From contig JBBDXO010000283.1 of assembly GCA_040902295.1 (NCBI GenBank), positions 1 to 51,922 of the forward strand: 51,922 nt of DNA. The letters run 5' to 3'. Position numbers and translations under genes: made by a program. Under the pieces are notes generated by a model that made no database searches, was not told the origin of the DNA, and saw nothing but the letters and a program-made list of their open reading frames with translations. Positions 6,809-20,863 of this stretch are shown piece after piece. This stretch comes from Candidatus Rokuibacteriota bacterium. Its GTDB lineage: Bacteria; Methylomirabilota; Methylomirabilia; Rokubacteriales; CSP1-6. Position 1 is the stretch's first letter; every line of letters starts with the position of its first letter.

Positions 6809-8485
6809 ATGCTGCGCGAGCTGCGGATCAAGAACTTCGCCGTCATCGAATCGGTGACGGTGCCGTTCACGCCGGGGCTCAATGTCCTGACGGGGGAGAC
6901 GGGCGCCGGCAAGTCGATCCTCATCGACGCGCTGCTGCTGGTGCGCGGGACGCGCGCGCAGAGTGACGTCATCCGCGCCGACACGGACAGCGCCACCGTG
7001 GAAGCGGTCTTTGCGATCGATCGGCACGCGGCGGCGACGGCCGTGCTGGACGAGGCCGGGCTCACCGCCGACGACGGCGAGATCGTGATCCGGCGCGAGC
7101 TCAGCCGCTCGGGGCGGCACCGGGCGTTCGTCAACGACTCGCCGGTCACGGTGGGACTCCTCGAGCGTCTCGGTGACGAGCTCGTCGAAGTGCACGGGCA
7201 GCACGAGCACCAGCGGCTCTTGCAGACGTCCGTGCAGCTCGCCTTGCTGGATCGCTTCGCCGATGCGGAGGACGGCGCCGACCGGCTGGGGACGCTCTTC
7301 GCGAAATACCGGGCGGCGAGCGCGGAGGTCGAGCGCACGCGCGCCGCCTCCCGCGATCGCGCGCAGCGCGAGGATCTCCTGCGCTTCCAGGTCTCGGAGC
7401 TGCAGGCGGCGCGGCTGCGCGCGGGCGAGGAAGACGAGCTGCGCGTCGAGCGCAAGCGCGTGCAGCACGCCGAGCGCTTCATGAGCGGCCTGGAGGAAGT
7501 GGCCACGCTGCTCGTCGACGACCCGCAGTCGGCGCAGGTGCGGCTGGCGCGCGCCTGCCGCATCCTCGCCGACCTCGGCCGCATGGATCCCGCCTTCGCC
7601 GTGCCCGTCGATGCGCTCGACGGCGCGCGCGCCCACGTGGACGACGCGGTGGCCGCCGCCCGCGCGCTGCGCGCCGGCGTGGTGGCGGAGCCGGGCCGGC
7701 TGGAGGCGATCGACGACCGCCTCGACGCGCTCGCGCGGCTGAAGCGCAAGTATGGCGACACGGAGGAGGCGATGATCCGGTTCGCCGGCGAGGCGGCGGA
7801 TGAGCTGGACGGTCTCGCCCGCCACGAGGAAGTGGTCGCCGGACAGGAGCGTGCGCTGGCCGACGTGCGGGCGGAGCTGGCGGCGGCGGCGGAGTCGCTC
7901 TCCGCGACGCGCCGGGCGGCCGCCTCGCGCCTGGCCGCGCAGGTCGAAACGCAGATGCGCGCGCTCGGCATGGAGCGGGCGACGTTCCAGATCGCGCTGG
8001 ACGCCGGCGCCGTCGAGGCGATGTCGTCCCGCGGCGTGGACCGCGTCGAGTTTCGCCTGTCGACGAATCCCGGCGAAGAGGTGCGGCCGCTCGCGCGCGT
8101 GGCCTCGGGGGGCGAGCTGTCCCGCACGATGCTGGCCCTCAAGGCCGTGCTCGCCAGGGCCGACCGCGTGCCCACCATGATCTTCGACGAGGTCGACGCC
8201 GGCATCGGGGGCCGGGTGGCCACGGTGGTGGCGCAGACGCTGGCGGCGGCGGCGGAGGGCCGGCAGGTCCTCTGCGTGACGCACCTGGCGCCGATCGCCG
8301 CCGCCGCCGACCATCACCTGCGCGTGGCCAAGAGCGTGCGCGCCGGCCGCACGCGGGTGGCCGCCAGCGCGCTCACGGGCGACGACCGCATCGCGGAGGT
8401 GGCGCGCATGCTCGGCGGCGACGCCGCCTCCGCCACCGCGCGCGGCCACGCGCGTACCCTCCTCGCCGCCCGCCGGGGACGCTGA
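6809..8485 (+). CDS. recN: DNA repair protein RecN.
   Basis: N-terminus MLRELRIKNFAVIE, Walker A GETGAGKS, long coiled-coil middle region, signature GGELSR and Walker B IFDEVDAGIGG. Confidence 0.92.
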   Translation: MLRELRIKNFAVIESVTVPFTPGLNVLTGETGAGKSILIDALLLVRGTRAQSDVIRADTDSATVEAVFAIDRHAAATAVLDEAGLTADDGEIVIRRELSRSGRHRAFVNDSPVTVGLLERLGDELVEVHGQHEHQRLLQTSVQLALLDRFADAEDGADRLGTLFAKYRAASAEVERTRAASRDRAQREDLLRFQVSELQAARLRAGEEDELRVERKRVQHAERFMSGLEEVATLLVDDPQSAQVRLARACRILADLGRMDPAFAVPVDALDGARAHVDDAVAAARALRAGVVAEPGRLEAIDDRLDALARLKRKYGDTEEAMIRFAGEAADELDGLARHEEVVAGQERALADVRAELAAAAESLSATRRAAASRLAAQVETQMRALGMERATFQIALDAGAVEAMSSRGVDRVEFRLSTNPGEEVRPLARVASGGELSRTMLALKAVLARADRVPTMIFDEVDAGIGGRVATVVAQTLAAAAEGRQVLCVTHLAPIAAAADHHLRVAKSVRAGRTRVAASALTGDDRIAEVARMLGGDAASATARGHARTLLAARRGR

Positions 8486-8497
8486 CGGGCCCGTGTA

Positions 8498-8503
8498 TAT
8501 AAT
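8498..8503 (+). promoter_or_regulatory. Perfect TATAAT hexamer 9 nt upstream of the secA ATG, a candidate -10 element.
   Basis: Read directly as gtgtaTATAATggtcgtgcaATG. There is no Shine-Dalgarno sequence between it and the start, and no convincing -35. Confidence 0.3.
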
Positions 8504-8512
8504 GGTCGTGCA

Positions 8513-11321
<2,809 letters not shown>

Positions 11322-11341
<20 letters not shown>

Positions 11342-11846
11342 GCTCGTCAGGGCTCCCGGTGGCGAGCTTCTCGCGCACGCGTAGCAGCCCGGCGGTGGTG
11401 AGCCGGTACTGCTTGCGTGCCTGTCGCGTCGATCCCGCCTTCTTCACCTGGATCATCAGCTGCGGCTTTTCCCTGATCAGCGCCGAGCACGCGCGGGTCA
11501 CGTTGCCCACGCCGTGGCCGAGATTCTTGAGGTCGGTATTGATGGTCTGGGCGTCGAGGTTTTCCTTGCCCGCGTGCGCTTGATGCCAGTACGCGACCAC
11601 GAGGACCTTCTCCGCGTCGGTGGCCGGGCGCGCGGCGGCGTAGAGCTCGGCGAGATCGGCATGCTCGGCGGGCACGGCCGGGCGCGCGCTGTCGCGCTCC
11701 GGCGGCTCCGCCACGAAGCGCTTCCACGCCCATTCGAGCACGCGCCGGATCGCGCCCGCGTCGAGACCGTCGACGGCGTCGACCACCCGCCCCAGGGCCC
11801 TCGCTTCCGTGGCCGCGTCCACGGCACCGCGCGTCGTCCTGTCCAC
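11322..11846 (-). CDS. Hypothetical protein (174 aa) with a basic, possibly winged-helix-like C-terminal half.
   Basis: Third-position GC in this frame resembles the neighbouring genes. I recognise no family. The C-terminal segment is [48 protein letters not shown]. The 3' end overlaps the secA 3' end by 20 nt. Confidence 0.55.
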
Positions 11847-11966
11847 GCTCGCTCCTTTCCCCGCCCACTCGCCCCGTACCCCGTCTACCGCATCGCCGTC
11901 ATGTATGCAATGGCCGCAGGGATCTATTGCGGATAGGTGTCATGGCTCTGGCCTCCATATCTGGGG

Positions 11967-11991
11967 TGCGGGGACCCCCGGGGCCCCCGCA
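11967..11991. other. GC-rich inverted repeat TGCGGGG-N11-CCCCGCA, with an inner CCCCGGGG palindrome.
   Basis: Read directly. It lies in the divergent intergenic region between the 174-aa gene and smc. Confidence 0.6.
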
Positions 11992-12041
11992 TGTGGTATT
12001 TTCCGCTTGCCCGTTCCGGGAAGCGCGTGCTACAAAATCGC

Positions 12042-15000
12042 ATGCGTCTTGAATCGATTACCGTCCACGGCTTCAAATCGTTCGGCGAGAAGACCGTCAT
12101 CAGGGTGCTGCCGGGCATCACCGGCATCGTCGGCCCCAACGGGTGCGGCAAATCGAACGTCTCCGAGTCGATCCGCTGGGCCCTCGGGGAGCAATCGGCG
12201 AAGGCGCTGCGCGGCCACCGCATGGACGACCTCATCTTCCACGGCTCGCAGTCGCGCAAGCCGGTGGGCATGGCCGAGGTCGAGCTGAGCTTCAGCAACG
12301 ACGGCGCGGTGGCGCTGCCCTTCAGCGAGATCGCGGTGAGCCGCCGTCTCTACCGCACGGGCGACAGCGAGTACTTCCTGAACAAGAGCGTCTCCCGGCT
12401 GCGCGACATCCTGGACGTCTTCGCCGGTACGGGCGCCAACCCGCGCGCCTACTCCGTGATGGACCAGGACAAGCTCAACCACATCCTCACCGCCAAGCCG
12501 CACGAGCGCCGGGTCTTCATCGAGGAGGCCGCGGGCATCGCGCGCTACAAGCAGCAGCGCAACGAGACGCAGGGCAAGCTCGAGGGGGCGCGGCAGAACC
12601 TGGTGCGGGTCCGAGACGTCATGGACGAGGTCAAGCGCCAGCTCACCTCGCTGGAGCGCCAGGCCAGGAAGGCGCAGCAGTACAAGGTGCTGCAGAACGA
12701 AAAGCGCGAGCTGGCCCTCACCCTCGTGGCGGCGGACTACGCCACGCTCACGGCCCAGGGCGAGGAGCACACCGCCGAGCTCACGCGCCTGCGTGACGGC
12801 GAGGCCGGGCTGCGCACGCGGCTGTCGGGGCTCGGCGCGCGCGAGGCCCGCCAGCGCGAGCTGCTCCAGGAGAGCGACCACCGCCTGTCCGACCTTCGCC
12901 AGGCCGTGCAGAAGGTGCAGGGCGAGCTGGAGCGGCTGCTGGAGCGGCGCGAGCAGATGGGCGTGCAGGCGCGCGAGCTGGCCGAGGAGGCCGTGCGCGT
13001 GGACGAGGACATCCGCGTGTCCTCCGAGCGCGCGGGCACCATCGGCGGCGAGCGTGAGAGCGCGCGCGCCGCCCTCGCCGACGCCGAGCGGGCGTGCGGC
13101 GAACGGGCCCAGGTGGCCCTCGACCTGGAAGCGGCGGTGAATGCCCATCGCACGGGGCTGGCGTCCGATCGTGACCGGCTGGAGGCCCTGCGCCTGGAAG
13201 CGGGCCGGGTGGCCGCCGAGCGCGTGGATCTCATGCGCCACGCGGGCGAGCTCCGCGAGCGCCAGGCGCAGCTCGCGCGGCGCGGCGAGCGACTCGGGCT
13301 CGAGCTGGCGCAGGCGCAGGCGGAGGCCGAGCGTCTGGCCTCCATGCGCGCCACGCTCGAATCCGCGCATGACCGTGCCGTGGCCGAGCTGACCTCGCTC
13401 GCCGCCGAGCGAGAGCGCCTGGCGGCGCTGCTGGCGGAGCGCGAGCGCGAGTCGGTGGTGGCCGAGCGCACCCTCGCCGACGGCCGGCTCGAGCTGGCCG
13501 CCCGGCGGTCGAGCTTCGAGGCCCTGCACGCGCTGGACGCCGCGCGCGAAGGATACGGCGCCGGGGTGCGCGCCGTCTTCTCCGACGGGGGCGCCTCCAG
13601 CCTGCCCGGCGTCGTGGGCACGGTGGCTGACCTTCTCGACGTGCCGTCCGGCCTCGAGCGGGCGGTGGAGGCCGTGCTCGGCGAGCGCCTGCAGTGGGTG
13701 GTGGTCGATCGGTTCGAGCACGCCCGCGCCGCCGTGGACTACCTGCACGAGCGCGGCGCGGGGGCGGCGACCTTCCTGCCCCTGGAGCACCTGCCGGCGC
13801 CGGCGGGCGGCCCGCCGGACGACAACGGCGTGCGCTGGGCGGCGCGCGCGGTGACGGCGACGACGCCCGGCCTGCTGCACTACCTGCTCGGGCAGGTGGC
13901 GGTGGTGGATCATCTCGATCACGCGGAAGCGCTGTGGCGCCGCAACGGCGTCGTGGCCACGTACGTCACGCGCCGGGGCGAGGTGCTGTCGCCCGCGGGC
14001 GGCCTGCACGGCGGCGGCGACGAGTCGTCCGCCGCCACGGATCACTCGCTGCTCACGCGCAAGCGGCAGCTGCGCGAGCTGGAGGACGACGTGCAACGCC
14101 TCACCGCCGCCGTGGACGAGGCGCAGTCCACCGCGGCGCGCCTGGCGGCGGAGACGGCCACGCTGAAGGCGCGCGTGGGCGGCCTCGAGCAGAGCGTGCA
14201 GGCGCGGCAGGCCGAGCGGCTGTCGAGCGAGAAGGATCTCGAGCAGTCCGGGCGCGAGCACGAGCGCGTCCACCGGCACCTGGAGACGATCGGCACCGAG
14301 TCCCGTCAGGTGGCCACGGAAGCGGCGGAGACCGCCGAGACGCTCGCCCGGCTCGAGCAGCACGTCAACGCCGCGCGCGAGGCCGAGGCCCGCCAGGAGT
14401 CGGTCATGGCCGCCATCCGCACCGGCATCGAGAGCGCGCAGACGCGCGAGACCGCTCTCGTGGCGGAGCTCACCGCCTGCCGCGTGGAGCTGGCCTCCGT
14501 GGCCGAGCGCTCGGAGGCGCTCACGCGCGAGCTGGTGCGGCTCGACGAGATGGAGGCGGACTTCATCGACCGCATCGCGCAGGGCCGCCAGCGGCAGACG
14601 CAGCTCGTCGAGCGCCGCACGGGGCTCGAAGAGGAGCGCGAGCGCACCGATGCCGCCGGCCGCGACGTCGCCCTCGAGCGCGACCGGCTGGAGGAGGAGA
14701 CGCGCGCGGCGGGGGAGGCGCACGAAGCGCTCGCCTCGGACCTGCGCGCCATCGAGCAGGATGCGCGCGCGCTGGAAAGCCAGCTGCACCGGCTCGTGGG
14801 TGCCATGCACGACATCGAGCTGCGGGCGACCGAGGGCCGTGTCCGCCGCGAAGAGCTCGCGCAGGAGTCGTGGCGCACGTACGGCGTGGAGGCCGCCGAG
14901 CTTCTGGGCCGGCACGACGCCGCCCGGGACCTCGGCCCCGTGCGGGAGCGGCTGGCGGAGCTGGAGGACAAGCTGGGCGGCATCGGGGCCGTGAACCTGG

Positions 15001-15605
15001 TGGCGGACGAGGAGTACCGCGAGCTGGACGAGCGGCTGACGTTCCTGCGCACGCAGCACGACGACCTCGTGGGGTCGATCAAGGATCTCGAGAAGGCGCT
15101 GCGCGGGATGACGAGGACCGCGCAGGAACGGTTCACGCTCGCCTTCGAGGAGATCAACACGCACTTCCAGAAGATCTTCGAGCGGCTCTTCGAAGGGGGC
15201 CGCGCCGAGCTGCGGCTGGTGGAAGCGGAGGAGGGGGGCGATCCCCTCGACACGGGCGTGGAGCTGATGGCGCAGCCGCGCGGCAAGCGGTTGCAGGCCG
15301 TCTCGCTGATGTCGGGCGGCGAGCGCGCCCTCACCGGGCTCGCCCTCATGTTCGCGATCTTCTATTTCCGGCCGAGCCCCTTCTGCGTGCTCGACGAGGT
15401 GGACGCGCCGCTCGACGACGCCAACATCCACCGCTTCCTGCGCGTGCTGCGCGAGCTGACGAGCCAGACGCAGTTCCTGGTCATCACCCACAACCGCAAG
15501 ACCATGGAAGCGGCCGACGTCCTGTACGGCGTCACGATGGAAGAGCCCGGCCTGTCGAAGCTCGTCTCGGTCAACCTCAACGCGGCGGTCGCCGTTGCCG
15601 GCTGA
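12042..15605 (+). CDS. smc: Chromosome partition protein Smc.
   Basis: Canonical N-terminus MRLESITVHGFKSFGEK, Walker A GPNGCGKSN, long coiled coils with a hinge, signature LMSGGERALT and Walker B VLDEVDAPLD. The track ORF start at 11937 is an upstream extension. Confidence 0.95.
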   Translation: MRLESITVHGFKSFGEKTVIRVLPGITGIVGPNGCGKSNVSESIRWALGEQSAKALRGHRMDDLIFHGSQSRKPVGMAEVELSFSNDGAVALPFSEIAVSRRLYRTGDSEYFLNKSVSRLRDILDVFAGTGANPRAYSVMDQDKLNHILTAKPHERRVFIEEAAGIARYKQQRNETQGKLEGARQNLVRVRDVMDEVKRQLTSLERQARKAQQYKVLQNEKRELALTLVAADYATLTAQGEEHTAELTRLRDGEAGLRTRLSGLGAREARQRELLQESDHRLSDLRQAVQKVQGELERLLERREQMGVQARELAEEAVRVDEDIRVSSERAGTIGGERESARAALADAERACGERAQVALDLEAAVNAHRTGLASDRDRLEALRLEAGRVAAERVDLMRHAGELRERQAQLARRGERLGLELAQAQAEAERLASMRATLESAHDRAVAELTSLAAERERLAALLAERERESVVAERTLADGRLELAARRSSFEALHALDAAREGYGAGVRAVFSDGGASSLPGVVGTVADLLDVPSGLERAVEAVLGERLQWVVVDRFEHARAAVDYLHERGAGAATFLPLEHLPAPAGGPPDDNGVRWAARAVTATTPGLLHYLLGQVAVVDHLDHAEALWRRNGVVATYVTRRGEVLSPAGGLHGGGDESSAATDHSLLTRKRQLRELEDDVQRLTAAVDEAQSTAARLAAETATLKARVGGLEQSVQARQAERLSSEKDLEQSGREHERVHRHLETIGTESRQVATEAAETAETLARLEQHVNAAREAEARQESVMAAIRTGIESAQTRETALVAELTACRVELASVAERSEALTRELVRLDEMEADFIDRIAQGRQRQTQLVERRTGLEEERERTDAAGRDVALERDRLEEETRAAGEAHEALASDLRAIEQDARALESQLHRLVGAMHDIELRATEGRVRREELAQESWRTYGVEAAELLGRHDAARDLGPVRERLAELEDKLGGIGAVNLVADEEYRELDERLTFLRTQHDDLVGSIKDLEKALRGMTRTAQERFTLAFEEINTHFQKIFERLFEGGRAELRLVEAEEGGDPLDTGVELMAQPRGKRLQAVSLMSGGERALTGLALMFAIFYFRPSPFCVLDEVDAPLDDANIHRFLRVLRELTSQTQFLVITHNRKTMEAADVLYGVTMEEPGLSKLVSVNLNAAVAVAG

Positions 15606-15648
15606 GGCTGAAACCACACGCGGGTTGGGCTAGACTCCACAGGAGGGG

Positions 15649-16494
15649 ATGGCTTCACTCGGCGCGTACCTCCGTGAACTCCGTGACAAGCGTGGCACGT
15701 CTCTCGAGGAGATTGCCCGCTCGACCCGTGTCGCCGCACGGGACCTGGAATCGCTCGAAGCGGAGCAGTACGCCGCTCTTCCCGCGCCTGTGTTCACGCG
15801 GGGCTTCATCCGGGCGTACTGCCAGTTCTTCGGCGTGGCGCCGGACGAGGCGCTGGCCCTCTACGACCAGCGCGAGGGCGCCGCGGTGGCGCCACCCTCG
15901 AGCCCCCGCGTGGCCGCCGCCGCCCGCAATGCCGCGCGGCCGCGACCCGCCGCCGCCACCTCGGTGCCGGCTTCCGACAGTGAGGAGCCGCGCCGGCGCA
16001 GCGCCGTCCTCGTGAGCTTCATCCTGCTCGTCGTCCTCGGCGTGGCCCTGTTCGCGGTCACCCTGATGATCCAGCCCAGCCGCGACGTGGAGCGCCGGGC
16101 CGTGATCCGCTCCGCGCCGGCGGAATCGCGATCCCCGGAGCCTCCGGCGGCGGTGACATCGCCGGCCCCGGCGCCCTCGGAAGCCCCCGCCGCCCCCGCG
16201 CCGCCGCCCGCCGCCGTGGAGGCGGGCTCGGCGCCCACCTTCACGTCACCGTACCGGCTCGTGGCGCGCGCGGTGGAGCCGACGTGGATCCGCGTGCGCA
16301 CCGAGGACGGGCGCAGCACCGAAGAGACCCTGCCCCCCGGCGAAGTCCGGGAGTGGGTGTCCGATCGGCCCTTCGTGCTGACGGTCGGCAACGCGGGGGG
16401 AATCACGCTCGAGCTGAACGGGCGGGAGCTGCCCTCGCTCGGCGCCCGCGGCGCCGTCATCCCGCGGCTGGTGGTGCCGCCGGAGGCGCGGTGA
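15649..16494 (+). CDS. rodZ: RodZ-like cytoskeleton protein (HTH, one TM segment, C-terminal DUF4115-like domain).
   Basis: XRE-type HTH LGAYLRELRDKRGTSLEEIARSTRV, TM segment AVLVSFILLVVLGVALFAVTLMI, a Pro/Ala-rich linker and a C-terminal beta-rich domain. AGGAGG lies upstream of the ATG. Confidence 0.65.
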   Translation: MASLGAYLRELRDKRGTSLEEIARSTRVAARDLESLEAEQYAALPAPVFTRGFIRAYCQFFGVAPDEALALYDQREGAAVAPPSSPRVAAAARNAARPRPAAATSVPASDSEEPRRRSAVLVSFILLVVLGVALFAVTLMIQPSRDVERRAVIRSAPAESRSPEPPAAVTSPAPAPSEAPAAPAPPPAAVEAGSAPTFTSPYRLVARAVEPTWIRVRTEDGRSTEETLPPGEVREWVSDRPFVLTVGNAGGITLELNGRELPSLGARGAVIPRLVVPPEAR

Positions 16495-16521
16495 CGCGCG
16501 CGATGTAATAGACTGGCTGCG

Positions 16522-17451
16522 ATGAAGTTTTTCTCGGGTCTGGGTGACCGCGTGCGCGATGGGCTCAAGCGGTCGCAGGAATACCTCTCCACCGGGCTGG
16601 CGGCCGTGCTCGAGCCCGACCGCCCCATCGACGAAGGCCTCTACGAGGAGCTCGAGGAGCTGCTCATCGCAGCCGACCTCGGCGCGGCCATCGCCGGCGA
16701 CTTCAGCAATCGCGCGCGTGAAGAGGTGATGTTCGGCACGGTCACGCGCGCCGATCAGCTGCGGCCGCTCTTCCGGCGCTTTCTCCTCGACACCCTCACG
16801 CCCGCCGCGCAGCCGCTCAACATCGAGGCCGCGCGCCCCGCCATCGTGCTCATGCTCGGCGTCAACGGCTCCGGGAAGACGACGACGTCCGCCAAGCTGG
16901 CGGCGGCGATCAAGGGCTCCGGCAAGCACGTGCTGCTGGCCGCCGCCGATACGTTCCGGGCGGCCGCCATCGAGCAGCTGCAGACGTGGGGCGACCGCAT
17001 CGGGGTGGAAGTGATCCGGCAGGCGGCGGGCTCGGATCCCGCCGCCGTCGTCTTCGACGCGGTGAAGGCGGCGCTGGCGCGCAGCGCCGACGTGCTCGTC
17101 ATCGACACGGCGGGGCGTCTGCACACGAAGACCAATCTCATGGACGAGCTCGGCAAGCTCAAGCGCGTGATCGAGCGACAGTGTCCGGGCGCGCCACACG
17201 AATCGCTGATGGTGCTGGATGCGCCCACCGGCCAGAACGGCTTCGCGCAGGCGCAGATGTTCCACGAGGCGGTGGGGCTGACGGGCGTGTGCCTCACCAA
17301 GCTCGACGGCACCGCCAAGGGTGGCATCGTGGTGCGCATCGTGCGCGAGCTGAAGCTGCCCATCAAGCTCATCGGCGTCGGCGAGCGCATCGACGATCTG
17401 CAGTCGTTCGACGCCGCGACCTTCGTGGACGCCCTGGTGCCGGCGCCGTGA
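16522..17451 (+). CDS. ftsY: Signal recognition particle receptor FtsY.
   Basis: Motifs GVNGSGKTTTSAKLA, DTAGRLH and TKLDGTAKGG. Confidence 0.93.
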   Translation: MKFFSGLGDRVRDGLKRSQEYLSTGLAAVLEPDRPIDEGLYEELEELLIAADLGAAIAGDFSNRAREEVMFGTVTRADQLRPLFRRFLLDTLTPAAQPLNIEAARPAIVLMLGVNGSGKTTTSAKLAAAIKGSGKHVLLAAADTFRAAAIEQLQTWGDRIGVEVIRQAAGSDPAAVVFDAVKAALARSADVLVIDTAGRLHTKTNLMDELGKLKRVIERQCPGAPHESLMVLDAPTGQNGFAQAQMFHEAVGLTGVCLTKLDGTAKGGIVVRIVRELKLPIKLIGVGERIDDLQSFDAATFVDALVPAP

Positions 17452-17465
17452 GCGCGGAGGCGCTC

Positions 17466-18548
17466 ATGCGGCGCGCGCTCGAGCTCGCCGGGCGCGCGCG
17501 GGGGCTCACGTCGCCCAATCCGATGGTGGGGGCGGTGGTGGTCGCCGACGGCGCGGTGGTGGGGGAAGGGTTCCACCGGGAGGCGGGCGCGCCGCATGCG
17601 GAGATCGAAGCGCTCGCGCAGGCCGGCCCGCGCGCGCGGGGCGCCACCCTCTATGTGACCCTCGATCCGTGCAACCACCAGGGCCGCACGCCGCCCTGCG
17701 CGCCCGCCGTGGTGAGGGCGGGGATCGCGCGGGTGGTCACCGCGCTGGCCGATCCCAACCCCGTGGCCGCGGGGGGCCTCGACGTGCTGCGCGCGGCGGG
17801 CATCGAGGTGGTCACGGGCGTTCTCGCGGAGGCGGCCGCGCGGCAGAACCGCATCTTCCTCACCGCCGTGCGCGAGGGGCGGCCGCACGTCACGATGAAG
17901 GCGGCCATGACCGCCGACGGCAAGATCGGCGACGTGCACGGCGGATCGAAGTGGATCACGGGCGAGGCCGCCCGTGCGGAGTCGCACCGGATGCGGAGCG
18001 AGACGGACGCCATCGTGGTCGGAGTCACCACCGTCCTGCGCGACGACCCCGCGCTCACCGTCCGCCTCGCGCAGCCGTGGCCGCGCGAGCCCTACCGTGT
18101 CGTGCTCGATTCCGACGCGCGGACGCCGCCCGAGGCGCAGGTCCTCCGCTCGGGATCGCCCGCGCGCTCCCTGGTGGCGGTGGGCGCGGAGGCGCCCGCG
18201 GCGCGGGTGCAGGCGCTGCAGGCGGCCGGCGTGACGGTGGCACGGTGCCCGGGGCCGGACGGCCGGGTCGACGTGCTCGCGCTCCTCGCCGATCTGTACG
18301 CGCGCGACGTGCGCGGCGTGCTGGTCGAAGGCGGCGGGGAGGCGCACGCGGCGTTCCTGGACGCCGACGTGGTGGACCGGGTGGCCCTCTTCGTCGCCCC
18401 CCTGCTGCTCGGCGGGCGCACGGCGCCCTCCGTGGTGGATGGCCGCGGGCGCGAGCTCAAGGATGCCGTACGCCTGGGCGCGCTCGCCGTGCGCGCGGTG
18501 GGCGACGACCTGCTCATCGAGGCCGATGTGCCGCGCGCGAGCGCCTGA
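17466..18548 (+). CDS. ribD: Bifunctional riboflavin biosynthesis protein RibD (pyrimidine deaminase/uracil reductase).
   Basis: Deaminase zinc motifs HAEIEAL and [11 protein letters not shown], with a reductase C-terminal domain. GGAGG lies 5 nt upstream of ATG 17466. An alternative GTG at 17448 overlaps the ftsY stop. Confidence 0.9.
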   Translation: MRRALELAGRARGLTSPNPMVGAVVVADGAVVGEGFHREAGAPHAEIEALAQAGPRARGATLYVTLDPCNHQGRTPPCAPAVVRAGIARVVTALADPNPVAAGGLDVLRAAGIEVVTGVLAEAAARQNRIFLTAVREGRPHVTMKAAMTADGKIGDVHGGSKWITGEAARAESHRMRSETDAIVVGVTTVLRDDPALTVRLAQPWPREPYRVVLDSDARTPPEAQVLRSGSPARSLVAVGAEAPAARVQALQAAGVTVARCPGPDGRVDVLALLADLYARDVRGVLVEGGGEAHAAFLDADVVDRVALFVAPLLLGGRTAPSVVDGRGRELKDAVRLGALAVRAVGDDLLIEADVPRASA

Positions 18549-19146
18549 TGTTCACGGGCATCGTGGAGGAGGTGGGCGCCGTGCGCGCGCTCACACGCGC
18601 GGGGGACGTGGCCCGGCTCGAGGTGGACGCCGCCACGACACTCGAGGGCAGCGACCCCGGCGCCAGCGTGGCGGTCAACGGCGTGTGCCTCACGGTGGTG
18701 GCGCGCGGGCGCGACGGCCTCGCCTTCGAGCTGGGCCCGGAGACCCTGGCGCGCACCGCGCTCGGCCGCCTGCGCGCGGGGGATGCGGTGAACCTCGAGC
18801 GGCCGCTCCGCTTCGGCGGGGCCCTCGGCGGTCATCTCGTGCTCGGTCACGTGGACGGCACGGGCACGGTGGAGGCGGTAACCCGTGTAGAATCGACGGC
18901 GCGGGTGCGCATCAGCCTGTCGGATCGCGGCCTGGAGCCGCTGCTGATCCCGCAGGGTTCGGTGGCCGTCGACGGCGTGAGCCTCACGGTGGCGGCGCTG
19001 GGCGAGGGCGCCTTCGAGGTGATGATCATTCCGCACACGCTGGCGGTGACCACGTTCGGACGGGTGAAGGCCGGGCAGTCGGTGAACATCGAGACCGACA
19101 TGATCGGCAAGTACGTGCTGCGATCGCTCGCGCTCAGGGGGGTCTC

Positions 19147-19150
<4 letters not shown>
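18548..19150 (+). CDS. ribE: Riboflavin synthase (alpha chain).
   Basis: N-terminus [10 protein letters not shown] and an internal duplicated lumazine-binding repeat (VNGVCLTV / VDGVSLTV). The ATG overlaps the ribD TGA. Confidence 0.9.
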
Positions 19151-20358
<1,208 letters not shown>

Positions 20359-20359
20359 C

Positions 20360-20863
20360 ATGGCCGGCCGGGCGCCCCAACCACGACCGACCCCCAAGGG
20401 AAGGGGGCGCTTCGCCGTCGTGGCCGCCCGGTTCAACGAGCGCATCAGCAAGCGCCTCCTCGACGGCGCGCTGCAGGCCTTTGCCGCCGCCGACGTCCCC
20501 TCCGCCGCCATCGAGGTGCACTGGGTCCCGGGCGCCTTCGAGCTGCCGCAGGCGGCCGGGCACCTGGCCGCGACGGGCCGGTACGCCGGTATCGTGTGCC
20601 TGGGATGCGTCATCCGCGGGCAGACGCCGCACTTCGATTTCGTCGCCGGGGAGGCGGCGCGGGGCATCCAGGAGGTCGCGCTGCGCACGGGCGTGCCGGC
20701 CGCCTTCGGCGTCATCACCGCGCTCAGCGAGGAGCAGGCATGGGCGCGCGCGGGAGGCGAGGTCGGCAATCGCGGCGAGGAGGCCGCGCACGCCGCGCTC
20801 GACATGGCGGCCTTCGTGCAGGCGCTGGGGTCCAGGGGCCATGGGAAAAAGGCGAAAAGCTAG
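20360..20863 (+). CDS. ribH: 6,7-dimethyl-8-ribityllumazine synthase.
   Basis: Motifs RFAVVAARFNE, VPGAFELP and TPHFDFV. Confidence 0.9.
   Translation: MAGRAPQPRPTPKGRGRFAVVAARFNERISKRLLDGALQAFAAADVPSAAIEVHWVPGAFELPQAAGHLAATGRYAGIVCLGCVIRGQTPHFDFVAGEAARGIQEVALRTGVPAAFGVITALSEEQAWARAGGEVGNRGEEAAHAALDMAAFVQALGSRGHGKKAKS

Noticed and set aside
12030-15617. A 1195-aa minus-strand ORF antisense to smc.
   Set aside because: This is the same GC3 artefact. The smc frame has unmistakable SMC motifs and the antisense product has none. Similar long antisense or off-frame ORFs at 30581-33052, 24519-26114, 25994-27604, 16755-18347, 18847-20805 and 36960-38396 are rejected for the same reason.
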